Source of the DNA: Prorocentrum cordatum
Lineage: Eukaryota
Reading direction: 5' to 3'
NCBI GenBank assembly: GCA_963575745.1
Contig: CAUYUJ010000005.1
Location: 62,001 to 119,666 of the forward strand
Length of the DNA: 57,666 nt
A program made the translations under genes and the position numbers. Below, piece by piece: positions 9,601 to 19,600 of the stretch. Within the stretch, counting starts at the first letter, position 1. Each line of letters starts with the position of its first letter. The notes under the pieces were generated by a model that saw only the letters and a list, made by a program, of their open reading frames with translations, searched no databases and was not told where the DNA came from.

Positions 9601-12191
9601 AGATCAGGGCACGCATTAGAGCAGGGTCTATCGGGTGGAGCAATCTTCGGCAGTACTGGTTCACGGCGGGTCCTTGGCGAAGCATGCGCAGCACATTCCT
9701 AGCTAATGTAGCGGGCAGAGTATGGTCGGGTCTGGAGGCGTACGTGCTTACCACGAATGAGCTTAAGGACATCGACACGTCACTAGCCAAGAAGATGCGA
9801 GCTATGTTGCACGGGCGCGCGCATGTTGAGCACGAGGACGGCGCGCGCACATCCTGGGCGACCAAGCAGATTTTCGAAGAGTGGCGAATCCCGCCGACTG
9901 GAATCGAGCTTATGGTCCGTCGTCTTAGATGGTGGCAGTCCATCGCAGGGAACCCCGAACACCACCGCCATTATCTTAGTATTTTCTTTGGAGATTGCCG
10001 ATTTGAGCGACGAGCCAGAGAGGCGGGCAACGAGGTTGCAGATGCCACTGTCTTGCCGAATGGGGAGCTTAACCCGTCTCCACACATCCACCCGTGGGCC
10101 CTCCAGTTTTCTCAGGACCTGAACGCGGCCCTGGCCCACCCGATTGGTGAGGGGCTCAAGGAAGTCTGGCAACCCCGTACGATGGCCAATTTCTTTGGGA
10201 ACCCTGAGGTCACCGAGGCTTTCAGATATTGTGATTTTCGAGCGATGAGAACGACGGCATGGGCACGCGAATGGGCCCCACCTGAATTTCTCTTGGAACA
10301 ATTACCGAAGGAGGGGGAGGAGGTGGGGGACACGGAGAGTGACGAGGCCGAGCTGGCCCCGCTAGTTTGCGGGATCGAGGGCTGCCGAGCACGTTTCGCC
10401 ACCAATAGGGAGCTTGTCAAACACCAAATATGGGCCACGACGCTCCCTGGACACGGCACCCCCCCGATCTTGTCCGTCATTACGCTCGACAATAAATGCC
10501 TTAGCTGCCAGACGATCTTCGGCAGCGTGGATCACACGCGGAGGCATCTCAGTGGCGCGTGGAGAGCAGGCAGGTGTATTCAGAATCTCACTCGCCACTG
10601 TTATGATTGGACCCCGTCTGCTGAGACACGCTGCCCGTTGGCTGAAGATACGGATCAACCAGAGTGCCAGGAACAGTACGACGACCCAGCAGAGCTGCGG
10701 GCACACCTGGCCACACACATTCCTCATACATCCGTAGGGTTTCGGCTCACAGTCACTCAGCCTCAGCCAGCGCACAGTGTCCGCGCCCCAGCCGGCGCCC
10801 CCAGGCCAGGCGCGCCACCGCCGACCTTCGACGACCTGGACGACACTCCCGACCTTCGTGCAGACCTGCGCGCAGCGTTTCGTCAACTTGCTGCGCGACG
10901 CCAGGCTCGGAGACGGGCACGAGAGGGACCAGTGCGACGACGAGTGGCAGCTCGACCTCCGCCGACCTCTTCTTCTTGGCCACCCACCTCGGCACCTTCG
11001 CGGGTAACGGCCGCGAGCACGCCGCTACTGCGACCTCGCCAAGCACCGCCTGCTGAACCTCGAGCACCACCTGCACAAGATGTCGGGCGGCGCGGCGGCA
11101 GCGGCGACGGGCAGCTTCCAGGAGCCAGGCCCCCCTCGGCCGAGAGCAGCGTGGCGGACGGCCGCCCCAGCGGCATCCTCCCAGGCGTCTGGGAATTCTG
11201 GCGGCGACTCCAAGCCTCCCGACCCGAAGAAGGGAAGGAAGGGCGACAGGGACAGGGACACAGCCATGGACGACGCCAAGGGGGAGCTGCAGAAGATCCT
11301 CGACGGCAAGGCTGGAGGCAAAGGACGACATCGAGGAGGCCGCCGTCATCGCCGAGGCGGCCACACGGAGAAGAAGTGGACGAGCAAGGACGCGAACATC
11401 CAGCAGTGCTTGGCCGCGATAGCCAAGCTATCCCTCCAGACAGCGCAGCGGCAGCGCCTGACGATGGCGACGGTGGTCGACACGTTCACGATGCCGAAGG
11501 GACACCCGGTCATCACGGCGCTACAGCAGACGCTGGAGGACTACAGGAAGCAGGTGCAGACCGCGCGCGAGGCAGGACCAGATCAGCTTCGAGCGGTTGG
11601 CAGCCCGACCGCCTCCCTGGCGGTCACCCTTCTCGAGAAACTGGCCACATGCGACGTGGGCGGCGTGAGCCGCCAGCAGCTCAACGACTACCTCGACAAG
11701 ATCGAACCGACGACGGGCGAGCCGACCATCACCCGCGAGCAGGTGGAGTTGGACGTGCAGGCCATCAAGATCGAGCAGCCCCACGACGAGAGCAAGGCCA
11801 AGCTCCTCATCGCGGGCCCTACGTGGCCCATGAGGGGCACGGTGACGCACGCCTTCAAGGCGGAGGGCGTCGCGACGAGATTCACGGGCGTCATGCCCGC
11901 GGGCTGGCTGGAGAACGAGGTGGCGACGTGGTTGGACGTGCTGCAGCAGGGCTGACGACCGTGAGCCGCCGCCCCATCATCTTTGTTAGAGGTGAAACCG
12001 TGCCTGGCACGGCGCAGCAGGCTCCCCGACCCACCTCTTCCTCCTTGAAGAGGGAAACTTCAAGCGCAGACTCCGTGACAGCCATCACGGTGCCCGATGC
12101 CTCCACATCTCCCCAGCCTGCGGACGGCGCGGCACCGCACGAGCAATGTCATGAGGCTGATGAAGAGGCCGCGGCATACCTCTTCGGTTAG
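6675..12191 (+). CDS. pol: LINE polyprotein: APE endonuclease, reverse transcriptase, three C2H2-like zinc fingers, low-complexity tail
   Basis: APE motifs GYNA, FADLN, SRIDYF, IDHVP; RT motifs SYDMRNAF, GGRMGDSNEPELF, FIDDL, HLGG; Zn fingers CGIEGC..H, CLSC..H, CPL..C..HLATH. 6675 is the first in-frame ATG inside the TSD. Confidence 0.9.
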   Translation: MEGGGGSSSSSDGPGCSTGRARARTSETTGTTGTGTAGPCGTSPSPTPSSWLVHASFVGYNAYTLMRTGRTESLGLEFARASAIFVPGTKIPMELNQQHHYERTPEFHWIHWGWGRGSNTNASAGVSIAVSAKLYQPRHIIRITYPPPHLQGRAGCVDIERGPQRFRLIVGYYPPRCSSARRAPCWRATCKQLTSWIKQQADSVPARVLPIIFADLNLKMGKKGTELIDDHTVGPHQAGHEDEMSTFVRRQFEESHLTFLNTHHDLGPSYYGLNGARSRIDYFLGPRALLQIGVRMRMFWNSQRRLQALPHMIDHVPMYFQFRVPAPTPHQQQQRCAWDWGGLAAALQNGYRREEFMSQICQAWTAYRPLCRALTMDEEPTRHAGVVTQIIRQAAVTVFSAERSTPAWVTEAKEERRRLLRQRAELRDLGFELSGGLLRRLDHQLRSHRRWQERWRRESLEQEIREAWAVRDQARVGYLIRLRAGTNMGPRKRCYLALPTSRPSAEDFRKAMSLPAVEGGLTTTNAHMSKYMTSEAVQKLLDTPLEDLPAYGPRLALPTIEDHERAAEDLELVKKRILHSTHRRYAPPWSWPVEISKLLLFPALLFRPGYSQEGIGSTWRRHDPDLLDFEALAATTRVRRTINIDSEHAQVGHDMFVQLLAHIRARALLPQHARVSHAIAIGKPGKTPTGNDVTDITKCLRILHCFCHWWRVLLRVGLVDFGSRFDPPPWAYGGIIHRRREGLMTIIKLIMWKLRRCHHYYLVKSYDMRNAFGTGMHERLFNAHRSRGVDEYYGELLTHHRSTGMLYYQARDGDVSLHPTTGGRMGDSNEPELFMDAFYPLVSMWQRELNTIIGDDLLCHDPLHEPGDHVGDTSDPSGTDIDASFGGFIDDLIRVIIVPTGTVQEALQLDYLDNRILDKRLQEGGYAQHVDKQETLVHLATAKDTKEAEARISGKAMTNLIHLGGFIHVQGSNRREIRARIRAGSIGWSNLRQYWFTAGPWRSMRSTFLANVAGRVWSGLEAYVLTTNELKDIDTSLAKKMRAMLHGRAHVEHEDGARTSWATKQIFEEWRIPPTGIELMVRRLRWWQSIAGNPEHHRHYLSIFFGDCRFERRAREAGNEVADATVLPNGELNPSPHIHPWALQFSQDLNAALAHPIGEGLKEVWQPRTMANFFGNPEVTEAFRYCDFRAMRTTAWAREWAPPEFLLEQLPKEGEEVGDTESDEAELAPLVCGIEGCRARFATNRELVKHQIWATTLPGHGTPPILSVITLDNKCLSCQTIFGSVDHTRRHLSGAWRAGRCIQNLTRHCYDWTPSAETRCPLAEDTDQPECQEQYDDPAELRAHLATHIPHTSVGFRLTVTQPQPAHSVRAPAGAPRPGAPPPTFDDLDDTPDLRADLRAAFRQLAARRQARRRAREGPVRRRVAARPPPTSSSWPPTSAPSRVTAASTPLLRPRQAPPAEPRAPPAQDVGRRGGSGDGQLPGARPPSAESSVADGRPSGILPGVWEFWRRLQASRPEEGKEGRQGQGHSHGRRQGGAAEDPRRQGWRQRTTSRRPPSSPRRPHGEEVDEQGREHPAVLGRDSQAIPPDSAAAAPDDGDGGRHVHDAEGTPGHHGATADAGGLQEAGADRARGRTRSASSGWQPDRLPGGHPSRETGHMRRGRREPPAAQRLPRQDRTDDGRADHHPRAGGVGRAGHQDRAAPRREQGQAPHRGPYVAHEGHGDARLQGGGRRDEIHGRHARGLAGERGGDVVGRAAAGLTTVSRRPIIFVRGETVPGTAQQAPRPTSSSLKRETSSADSVTAITVPDASTSPQPADGAAPHEQCHEADEEAAAYLFG
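11080..11955 (+). CDS. 291-aa accessory ORF nested in another frame of the pol tail (ORF1p-like function inferred)
   Basis: ATG to TGA; nearly all codons end in G/C; basic Gly/Arg/Lys region (KKGRKG, GGKGRHRGGRRHRRGG) followed by a globular-looking helical domain. The overlapping pol frame reads as junk-like R/P/G/A. Confidence 0.85.
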   Translation: MSGGAAAAATGSFQEPGPPRPRAAWRTAAPAASSQASGNSGGDSKPPDPKKGRKGDRDRDTAMDDAKGELQKILDGKAGGKGRHRGGRRHRRGGHTEKKWTSKDANIQQCLAAIAKLSLQTAQRQRLTMATVVDTFTMPKGHPVITALQQTLEDYRKQVQTAREAGPDQLRAVGSPTASLAVTLLEKLATCDVGGVSRQQLNDYLDKIEPTTGEPTITREQVELDVQAIKIEQPHDESKAKLLIAGPTWPMRGTVTHAFKAEGVATRFTGVMPAGWLENEVATWLDVLQQG

Positions 12192-12592
12192 CGGGGAGAC
12201 ATTGTTTCTTTTCAAGTTCTCGTCGTGAACTATTCTTGGGCGAATAGATCCAGACACCATGCATCGGAGATAGCTAGGCTGATGCACCACCGTCGGTGCC
12301 CTCTCGGGAGATACTGCGACCCGCGGCCTGCCTTTGCCTGCTCCTCGCGTTGATGCGCGGGGGGCGCTCGCCCCAGGCCTGCGTGCTGGACCAAAGTACG
12401 GGCACGGAGCGTGCCTGCGACAGCTCGCCGAATCAGTGTATTACACCCGTTTCCAGAGGCATTTGGGCTCCCTCGTGGAGTAAAAGGCTCCTCCCCCTCC
12501 CCCTCCCCCTCTCCCCTCCCGTCCCCTCTCTCTCCCCCTCTCCCCTCTCCCCTCCCCCTCCTCCTCCTCCCGCTCCTCCCCCCTCCCCCCCA

Positions 12593-12871
12593 ATGCCCGC
12601 CACGGGCGCCGGCGCGCCGTGCACCTCCTGCGGCGCCGGCGCGGCGCCGTACGCCTGCAGCCGCTGCCGCTCGGCGCGCTTCTGCTCGCCGGCCTGCCAG
12701 CGCCGCGCCTGGCCGTCGCACCGGCGCTCGTGCGCCGCGGCGACCGCCGCCGCCGCCGCCGACGGGCCGCCCGCGCGGCTGGCGCCCGCGGCGGCGGCCG
12801 CGGCCGCTGCCGGGGCGTCGCCGAGGCCTGGTCCATCCCGGCGGCTGCGGCAGGGGCGGATCGTCCACGAG
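12593..12871 (+). CDS. MYND-GT7 gene exon 1 (MYND zinc finger)
   Basis: CTSC-x8-CSRC-x5-C-x3-CQRRAWPSH-x3-C matches MYND; ATG follows a pyrimidine tract; donor GAG|GC in phase 0 (alternative donor near 12825 possible). Confidence 0.8.
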
Positions 12872-13151
12872 GCTTCGTCGCTGGTGCCGGGAGGCTTTCT
12901 CGCCTCCGGCTGCTTTCCAGCAGCTGCGCCCCGCCGAGGGCGTTCTGGGGTGGCCAGAGTCGTTGGAAGCTCGATGTCCGACGGTCTTGTTTTTTTGTTC
13001 GATCCCCGTGTCCTCCTTCGATTTCGGCCTTTGGGGCCCGTTGTCAGGCCCCGGGGCCATCAAGCATGGATCTGGGACCAGAAACTACCGCCGTTTAAGG
13101 GGTTGAGCTCTGCCCGACGCGGGGATTAAGCCATAACCACCGCCTGACGAG

Positions 13152-13277
13152 GCCCCCCGGGCGTGTAGTGCACGCCCCTGGATTGCTCGCCCCTGCGGCA
13201 GCCGCCGGCCACCGGGTGCCGGGGTCTGCGCGCGCGTGGCCCTGGTGGTGCCGTTCCGGGACCAGCGGCCCCTGCAG
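13152..13277 (+). CDS. MYND-GT7 gene exon 2
   Basis: Encodes ...ARVALVVPFRDQRPLQ (GT7 PFR motif); acceptor gag|G, donor CAG|GA. Confidence 0.8.
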
Positions 13278-13337
13278 GACTTGGGGATCCGCCGTCAGAG
13301 TTCAAGGGAGGAGAGTCCACCCCGACCCCCGCAATTG

Positions 13338-13544
13338 TCGCAGGCCTAGAGGTTGACACCAACACCAATTTCGGCGGTCTGCCTCCACCGAGGGAAGAAG
13401 ATCCCGATCTCGGTGATGGTGGTAACACTCTGGCTTCCAAGGTGGCCGAAGTATTACCACCGACAGCCGAAATCTGGGATCCTCTTCCCCCCTGTGGAGG
13501 CAGCCCCCTGTGCTGGTGTTGGTGCCCACTTCCAGGCCTCCACA
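13338..13544. mobile_element. MITE family B copy 1
   Basis: Imperfect TIR aggcctagaggttgacaccaacacca / tggtgttggtgcccacttccaggcct; aattg on both flanks; homologous to 55326-55529. Confidence 0.8.
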
Positions 13545-13582
13545 AAATTGGCGTTTGCTGCACAGCCTCGGGCGTGTACTGA

Positions 13583-13745
13583 TCAGGAGGGAAAGAAACA
13601 CACAGACACAATTAATCGTCGATTCCCCAGGAAATATGGTAAAATATGGGAAGTGGGGGGGAAGACAGAAACCCAGAAAATATGGGAAAATATGGGGGAT
13701 CTTTTTATTTGTGTGAATTTATTTGTGTGTCCCGGGGCCCCTTCA
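13583..13745. mobile_element. MITE family C copy 1 (16-bp flanking duplication)
   Basis: tcaggaggg...ggccccttca flanked by ctcgggcgtgtactga at 13567-13582 and 13746-13761. Confidence 0.85.
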
Positions 13746-13850
13746 CTCGGGCGTGTACTGAACTCGGCGACCACCTGCGCTTCCTTGCCCCTGCGCCCTG
13801 CGGGTTCAGTCCGCGCCGGAGCGTCGGCCGCCCCCGCCGGGAGCCACGTG

Positions 13851-14012
13851 TTAGGAGGGAAAAAAACACACAGACACAATTAATCGTCGATCCCCAGGAA
13901 ATATGGGAATATATGGGAAGTGGGGGGGAAGACAAAAACCGAGAAAGTATGAGAAAATATGGGGGATCCTTTTATTTGTGTGTATTTATTTGTGTGTCCC
14001 GGGGCCCCTTCA
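13851..14012. mobile_element. MITE family C copy 2
   Basis: 5-bp TSD acgtg (13846-13850, 14013-14017). Confidence 0.85.
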
Positions 14013-14492
14013 ACGTGGCTGCAGGCATCCTTGAAGTCTGAACCCCGCCCGGTTTCCATACGTGGCTCGGGGGTCGCTCAAGGGGCCCCTGGGCCAAGGT
14101 GCCCCCGGCTTTTCGCTTGATGCTGCAGCCCCTGGGGCCCTCTGGGCCTCGTGAGGGGCGCTCTGGAGGCCGGGGGGGCCTCCTGGGAAATCCTGGGGGT
14201 GCCCTGGGCTTGGGGGCGCTTCTAGCAACACCCGAACGCGGTTGCCTGGGAGCGGCCCCGTCCATTTCGATTGTTTCCGTAGGTACTTCTTCTCAAGGGC
14301 TTCGCTTGCGGGGCTTTTGCTCAGTCCCTCTGCTCTCCTGTGCAAGAGAGGGGATTCCATCCCCCATCCCCCAGCTGGCGTTTGCCAGCAAACTGCCCTG
14401 GCTGGGCGTTAACTACACAGCCCTGCCTTCTTCGATCCCTGCCTGGGGGGCGTTTTGTAAAACCGGCTTTGCGTGTCGGGGGGTCTCCATGA

Positions 14493-14687
14493 TCGGGCCG
14501 GGCGAAAGGGGGGGATTGGGAAAGGGGGGGTTACGAAGTTTGCTGCATGCAGCCGGCTTCGGCCCCACCGAGGGGCCCATTCCTCGATGCATGGACGCCT
14601 CCGGCGCCGGGAGGCGCCCGGAAAATCACCCGCGTGAGCTGATTCTCAACCCCCCCCTTTGCTATCCCCCCCTTTCGCCCCACCCGA
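14493..14687. mobile_element. MITE family K copy 1
   Basis: TIR tcgggccgggcgaaagggg...cccctttcgccccacccga; homologous to 41527-41719, including the downstream flank. Confidence 0.8.
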
Positions 14688-15129
14688 GGCTGGTCTGTTT
14701 CCCTCTCCCCGTAGAAGAGGAGGAGGAGGAGGAGGAGGAGGAGGAGGAGGAGGAGGAGGAGGAGGAGTCAGGAGTCAGGAGCATCGAGGATCCGACCCGA
14801 TCCATGAGCCATGGGGGCGGTTTTTCCGCCCTCGGAGGGTGCGTGTGCGTGCCCACCGCCCGGAGTCCCTCCGGACCAGGATCGCAGGGGCCCTCCTCGA
14901 GGAGTGGCGGGTGCGCGGATGTCTCGGGCACGTGCTAGCACGGATCAGGGATGCCTGGATCTGGCACGCGGGCACGTCCGTGGTCGCGCCGACGAGCGGT
15001 CGAAGCCAACGTCGCCAATGGCGTTGTACGTAAGCGGGGCCACATCCCCTTTCCTGGGGGACGAGTTGGCGGCAAGGCGTTTAAGGATTTGCTGGAGCGA
15101 CAGCAGTGGATGCCAGCGGCTTGCCTGAA

Positions 15130-15320
15130 TACTCCAGATGTCGTAATATAAGGGAGGGGGGCTTCATTTCGGGGGGGGTCTCTTCCAGGCCATCTTGGAG
15201 GGCCTGGGGGGGGGGTCTGGGGACGATGTTTTGGAGGGTTCTCCCGGGGGGGGGGGGGGTCTAAAACTTCTCGTCTGGGAGGGTTGAGACCCCCTCCCTT
15301 TTATTGCGAAATCTGGGGTA
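15130..15320. mobile_element. MITE family E copy 1
   Basis: TIR tactccagat..cgtaa / ttgcgaaatctggggta; homologous to 29138-29323. Confidence 0.75.
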
Positions 15321-15632
15321 TCCACGGATCGGGGAATCTATCCCCTGGATCGTGAGGCCAATGCCGCCCGACGTGGTGGCGGAGCGCGCCGTCCCTGGAC
15401 GGACACCGGGTGCGTCGCGAACCAGGCGTCGCCAATCCATGCTTGCGCTCCCTCGAATGTCTGCCCGTCCTCGCGGGCAGGAGAGTGCCCCAAAAAGTCC
15501 ACCGGTTCCCCGGGGAATTTGGGGGCGGTGCTGTGGCAGCTGCGGAGGCGGACATGTCCCTGCGGCGCCCCCCGGAGCAATGTTCGTGGTGGGGTGGGGA
15601 GAGGCTCAGGGGTGATGAATCGATCCCCTTAT

Positions 15633-15799
15633 TCACCACCCACCAAACCACCCCAACCCAACCCGAAGGCCTCAATTTGCCCTCCATTTCCAGTGGGGGG
15701 GGTCGGGGAACATCGAAAAAACGCGTATGGAACCCATACCCCCCCCCAACCCGAAATCCGGGTCTTCGGGTTGGGTTGGGGTGGTCTGGTAGGCAGTCA
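15633..15799. mobile_element. MITE family A copy 2
   Basis: Perfect 5-bp TSD cttat (15628-15632, 15800-15804); TIRs as in copy 1. Confidence 0.9.
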
Positions 15800-15919
15800 C
15801 TTATCGCCCATTGATCGCCGATAGGAGCCCGACAAGCGTTAGGGGATAGGGAATAGGCTCAGGAACAGAGATGTTCACCGGTAAACTGGTACATTCTCTG
15901 GTGAACCGATACGTTCCTT

Positions 15920-16130
15920 GGTTGAAGCTTTTGAATCTTCTGAAGCTCTTGAAGCTTCCTAGGAGCTTCTGATTCTTCCCAGGAGTTCTTGAGGACCGTC
16001 TGAGGAGCTCCTGAGGATCTCCTGAGGAGCTCCTAAGGAGCTTCTCAGAAGCTCCTGGAGGGCTCCTCAGGAGCTCCATAGGAGTTTCTTGGAAGCTCCT
16101 GGAGAGCTCTTCAGGAGGTTTTTGGAGCAT
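15920..16130. repeat. Minisatellite of aggagctcct-type palindromic units
   Basis: Repeated gaagcttc/ggagctcc motifs. Confidence 0.65.
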
Positions 16131-16219
16131 CTGAGTGGAGAGACGAGAGATGGGATGATAGGGGATTGGGAGGAGGATAATTCGAGCGGATTCTAGCGGA
16201 ATGTTCAGTAAACGGACCG

Positions 16220-16430
16220 CACGCCGCGCACATTCGATTTAAACAGTTGCAAGAGTTTCGCGGATTAAGGGTGGGTGGTTCGCAACATGTGGTGCTCGCC
16301 GTAGTGCCGCGCACATTCGTTTAATCAATTTGCAAGAGTTTCACGGGTTGAGGGCGTTTTTTTTAAACATGTTGTTTTCGCTTTTGCGCCGCGCATGTGC
16401 GCTTCAAACTTTTGCAAGAGTTTCATTGGT
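16220..16430 (-). repeat. ~84-bp satellite units (reverse orientation)
   Basis: cgccgcgcacattcg is the reverse complement of the unit core at 47361-47726. Confidence 0.7.
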
Positions 16431-16639
16431 TCTCAAGTCTACATCGCGTTCAAGGTTCCACAAACAGTCCGGCTGCCTCCACATGCAGTCCACCATATTT
16501 AGCTGTTTCTACGTCATCTCCTGATTCGTATCTCTTCTGTTCTGTTCAACTTGACAGTTGGGAACATGGCGAAACGAGCATGAAAGGCAACGGGATCTAC
16601 ACCGGATTAGTAGGAAGACCGTAAGGACAACACACACGA

Positions 16640-19600
16640 GCTCATGGACGTGAAGGTCGGCGAGGGGGAGGACTCGGACGTGGAGGTAGTTCCAGCAGGA
16701 GAAGGAGGTGGAAGGAGCGAAGGTGGGATGGTGGAGGCACCAGCGTGGTTTCAACAATACGAACAACGCCATAACAGAAAGGACCCGACAACTCCAAAAC
16801 GTCAACGATACCGTCAGACAAACAAAGGAAGAAGTGACATAAAGAAAGGGGAGCGTGCAGGATCTCTGCAACAGAGTTGTCGAGCTCGAAGGCGAAGTTG
16901 AAGCGATCAGAGGGGGCGCGTACGACCTCTACGTGACACAAGAGGATGCGCAGGAAATGGTGGGCAATATGCTCCAGCATGCCCTACGTGACCAACAATC
17001 CAAACCAGCGTGGGGGAACAGGAGGGATGATCAGACAAGGGGGGAAATATCACGGAGGAGGAAAAGGAGGAGGATATCCGCGCCAGGCAGGTGATTGTTT
17101 TGGGCTTCGATGGAAATGCCACAGCGGCAGCAGCGATTCAACATCTTGAACAAATTCTTCAACCTCTTTTTGGCGATTGTACCGAAACTACGGTTACAAC
17201 CAGGACGGATCCCACCATAATGGGTATGATGGAACTCCTCAGTGTTGCAGCAAAAGTTGGCTTTTGGAATAAAGCGAGAGTTGCACTACCAAGTGGCGAT
17301 AATGCGTTTGGAGAAGTACTTTTTCCGAACATAATTTAACGATTGAGGATCGCGAGCGGGGAAACCGTTCGGGTGCACGATGCAATACCTCAGCAAGCGT
17401 GCGGAGAATACACTCCAGGAAATGATAAACATTTGACCTAATTATACGGCTGTGCTGAATCACGGGACAGGGAAGCAACGGACAATTGCGTGGTATGATA
17501 GGGGAGGGGGGCTGGCATACCACAGCCACGGGGAAGGCAGTGGAGGAGGAGGTGAAGGGAACGATGGAGAAATGGAGAAGGAAAGTACGTCCAGAACCTG
17601 AAACAGAGAGCGAGTGACGTTACGACGACGTTCGCGGCCCACCACTAGTAACATGAGGGCATCTACAAGGTCAGTTTTGCCAGAAATATCCGACACCCGT
17701 GGGGAAGGAATGGGTACTGTAACCAACCTAATTGGCGACCCCCTCTTGCAGGAATTCCTGTACCTACCAAGACCATTCGACGATATGCGCTACGTTCCCA
17801 CAGGACGACACCTACGACGACAGCTGCCCGACCACGGACGGCAGCTTTCAAATTCGAGAGATTCGATCCAGATAATAAAGACATGCGTTGTTATGCTGGA
17901 GTTTTAGATTCTGGGTTAGACGTAAACCGACAAAGCGGGGGCCCAGAGGAAAACAGTCCGTCGGCTTTTGCTGCGGGGGGCGGCAGAGGAATGTATTGCA
18001 ATGTTTCAGGTGATGTTCCGTTGTCCTTCCGACGTGGCCCGCGCACTTGTCAGGATAATTGCATCTCCAGGAGACAACCCGCCTCTGGCGACAACAAGCA
18101 GGTCACCAATGCTCCAACTCCGGCGCCCGACTCTACCTCCGACCCTGCATCCGGCCCGGCTGCTCCGTCACAGTCTCCGGTGTCACGCATATAACTTTCA
18201 TCGACTCTGGTTTTATCTCTTCGGGGTCCGAGGGGGAATGCGCAGCCGAACGTCGCGACGCCGTGGACTCTGGATGTCCACTTTCGGTCAGATCGCACCG
18301 GGGGTCCGCCGAAGTTTTCCACCATCCAGAAGAATGCGAGGGGCCTGACAAGAGACGACAGATTTCTTGAGTTATTGATGGAGGTTGCTGGGGGACATTT
18401 GGACGCCATCTACTGAGCGAAACGATGCGCCCAGATCGACAGAGGATGCGGACTTGCTGCAGGACAGTTGGTTGCAGGATGCGGGACAAGCTCGCGCAAA
18501 CACGGTGTTGGCATATTATTACACTCCCGATGGGCACCCTGCCGGCGGCAGTTCGTCCCGTTCAACGTCCGCATTGCGTGTCTGGACGTCATCCACGCTG
18601 CGCTAAAAGTCCGGGTCGTCGCTGCTTATTTTCAGCGCGGCATGTTTCCGGCGACCGCGCGCAGCCCTGGTATTCGTCTCTACCTATTCTGACCTGGGCG
18701 GCCGCGCCGATTGCGATGCTGCCTGCGACGGAATGCGACAATCCGAGGGCGCGCGGTAGACGTGCGCGCGGGCCTGCGAATGCGCGTGGAAAGCAGTTGA
18801 AAAATTCGGTTGTTTCCGGGAACCTGGCATTAACGAGTGCGAGGTTTGAAGCGGCCGCGGGGCTTATATGCGTGCCAACACATGCAACATGGAGAGACAG
18901 TTTGATTACGTCGTCGTTGCCAAAGATTTTTGGAAGACGGAGACGGATTGGATGGCCAGCGGCGCCGTCGATCTGGGATCATGCCATCGGGCGCTGGACA
19001 TGCGCAGCAATTTACTTAGCAAGCAGGTGTCTGCAATGAATGCTCCAGTCGGCGAATCCTGGCGCGAGAGAAACATCCGAACAAACTGGCCGCCGCGTCA
19101 TGCGCAACTGCGCGCTGCCGAAGTGGACAGGTACATGCAAGAGACAACGGGCGACAATGCAGTGGAGGATATGCGTGACAGAAGAGAACGTGCGATGCGG
19201 GATTCGATGGGGGTGCCATCAATCATCGATTTATGCGCAAATGGTGGTTGGCATGATAACGATTTGCTATGCAATTGCGCAGCGGAAGGCACGGTTGCGA
19301 CATATCAGCGGTGCCAAGAGTGCAAGGCGCGTGGGTCGCGTCGCACCCGCGCAGTCTTCTGATTGAAGCCTGGTCTTTGACTGGAGGGCGATTGCAGACG
19401 CATTTGCCGACTTTGCGAGAAGTTGTATGCAGCGACGCGTGCGAACGCCAGCGGCCAGCGACCTATCGCCGCGCCGGGTGCACCATTCATCGACGAAGAG
19501 TGTGCCGCGGGATTCAGACAGCTGAAAAAACATTACTCCGCAGACGCATCTGGTATTGCTATAGAAATGCTCAAGCGTGGGGGGGCGAAGCCTGCGACGC

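Larger units (their letters stand above)
6505..12487 (+). mobile_element. Apparently full-length LINE with pol plus a downstream accessory ORF
   Basis: 13-bp direct repeat ctcctccccctcc at 6492-6504 and 12488-12500 (candidate TSD, low complexity); uninterrupted APE-RT ORF; ends ...GGAGTAAAAGG without poly(A). Confidence 0.8.

Noticed and set aside
12155..12190. Hammerhead ribozyme candidate (CTGATGA followed by a hairpin)
   Set aside because: No GAAA after the stem and no matching stems I/III
12458..12475. Relic spliced leader (ggcatttgggctc)
   Set aside because: Too short and too mismatched to CCATTTTGGCTCAAG
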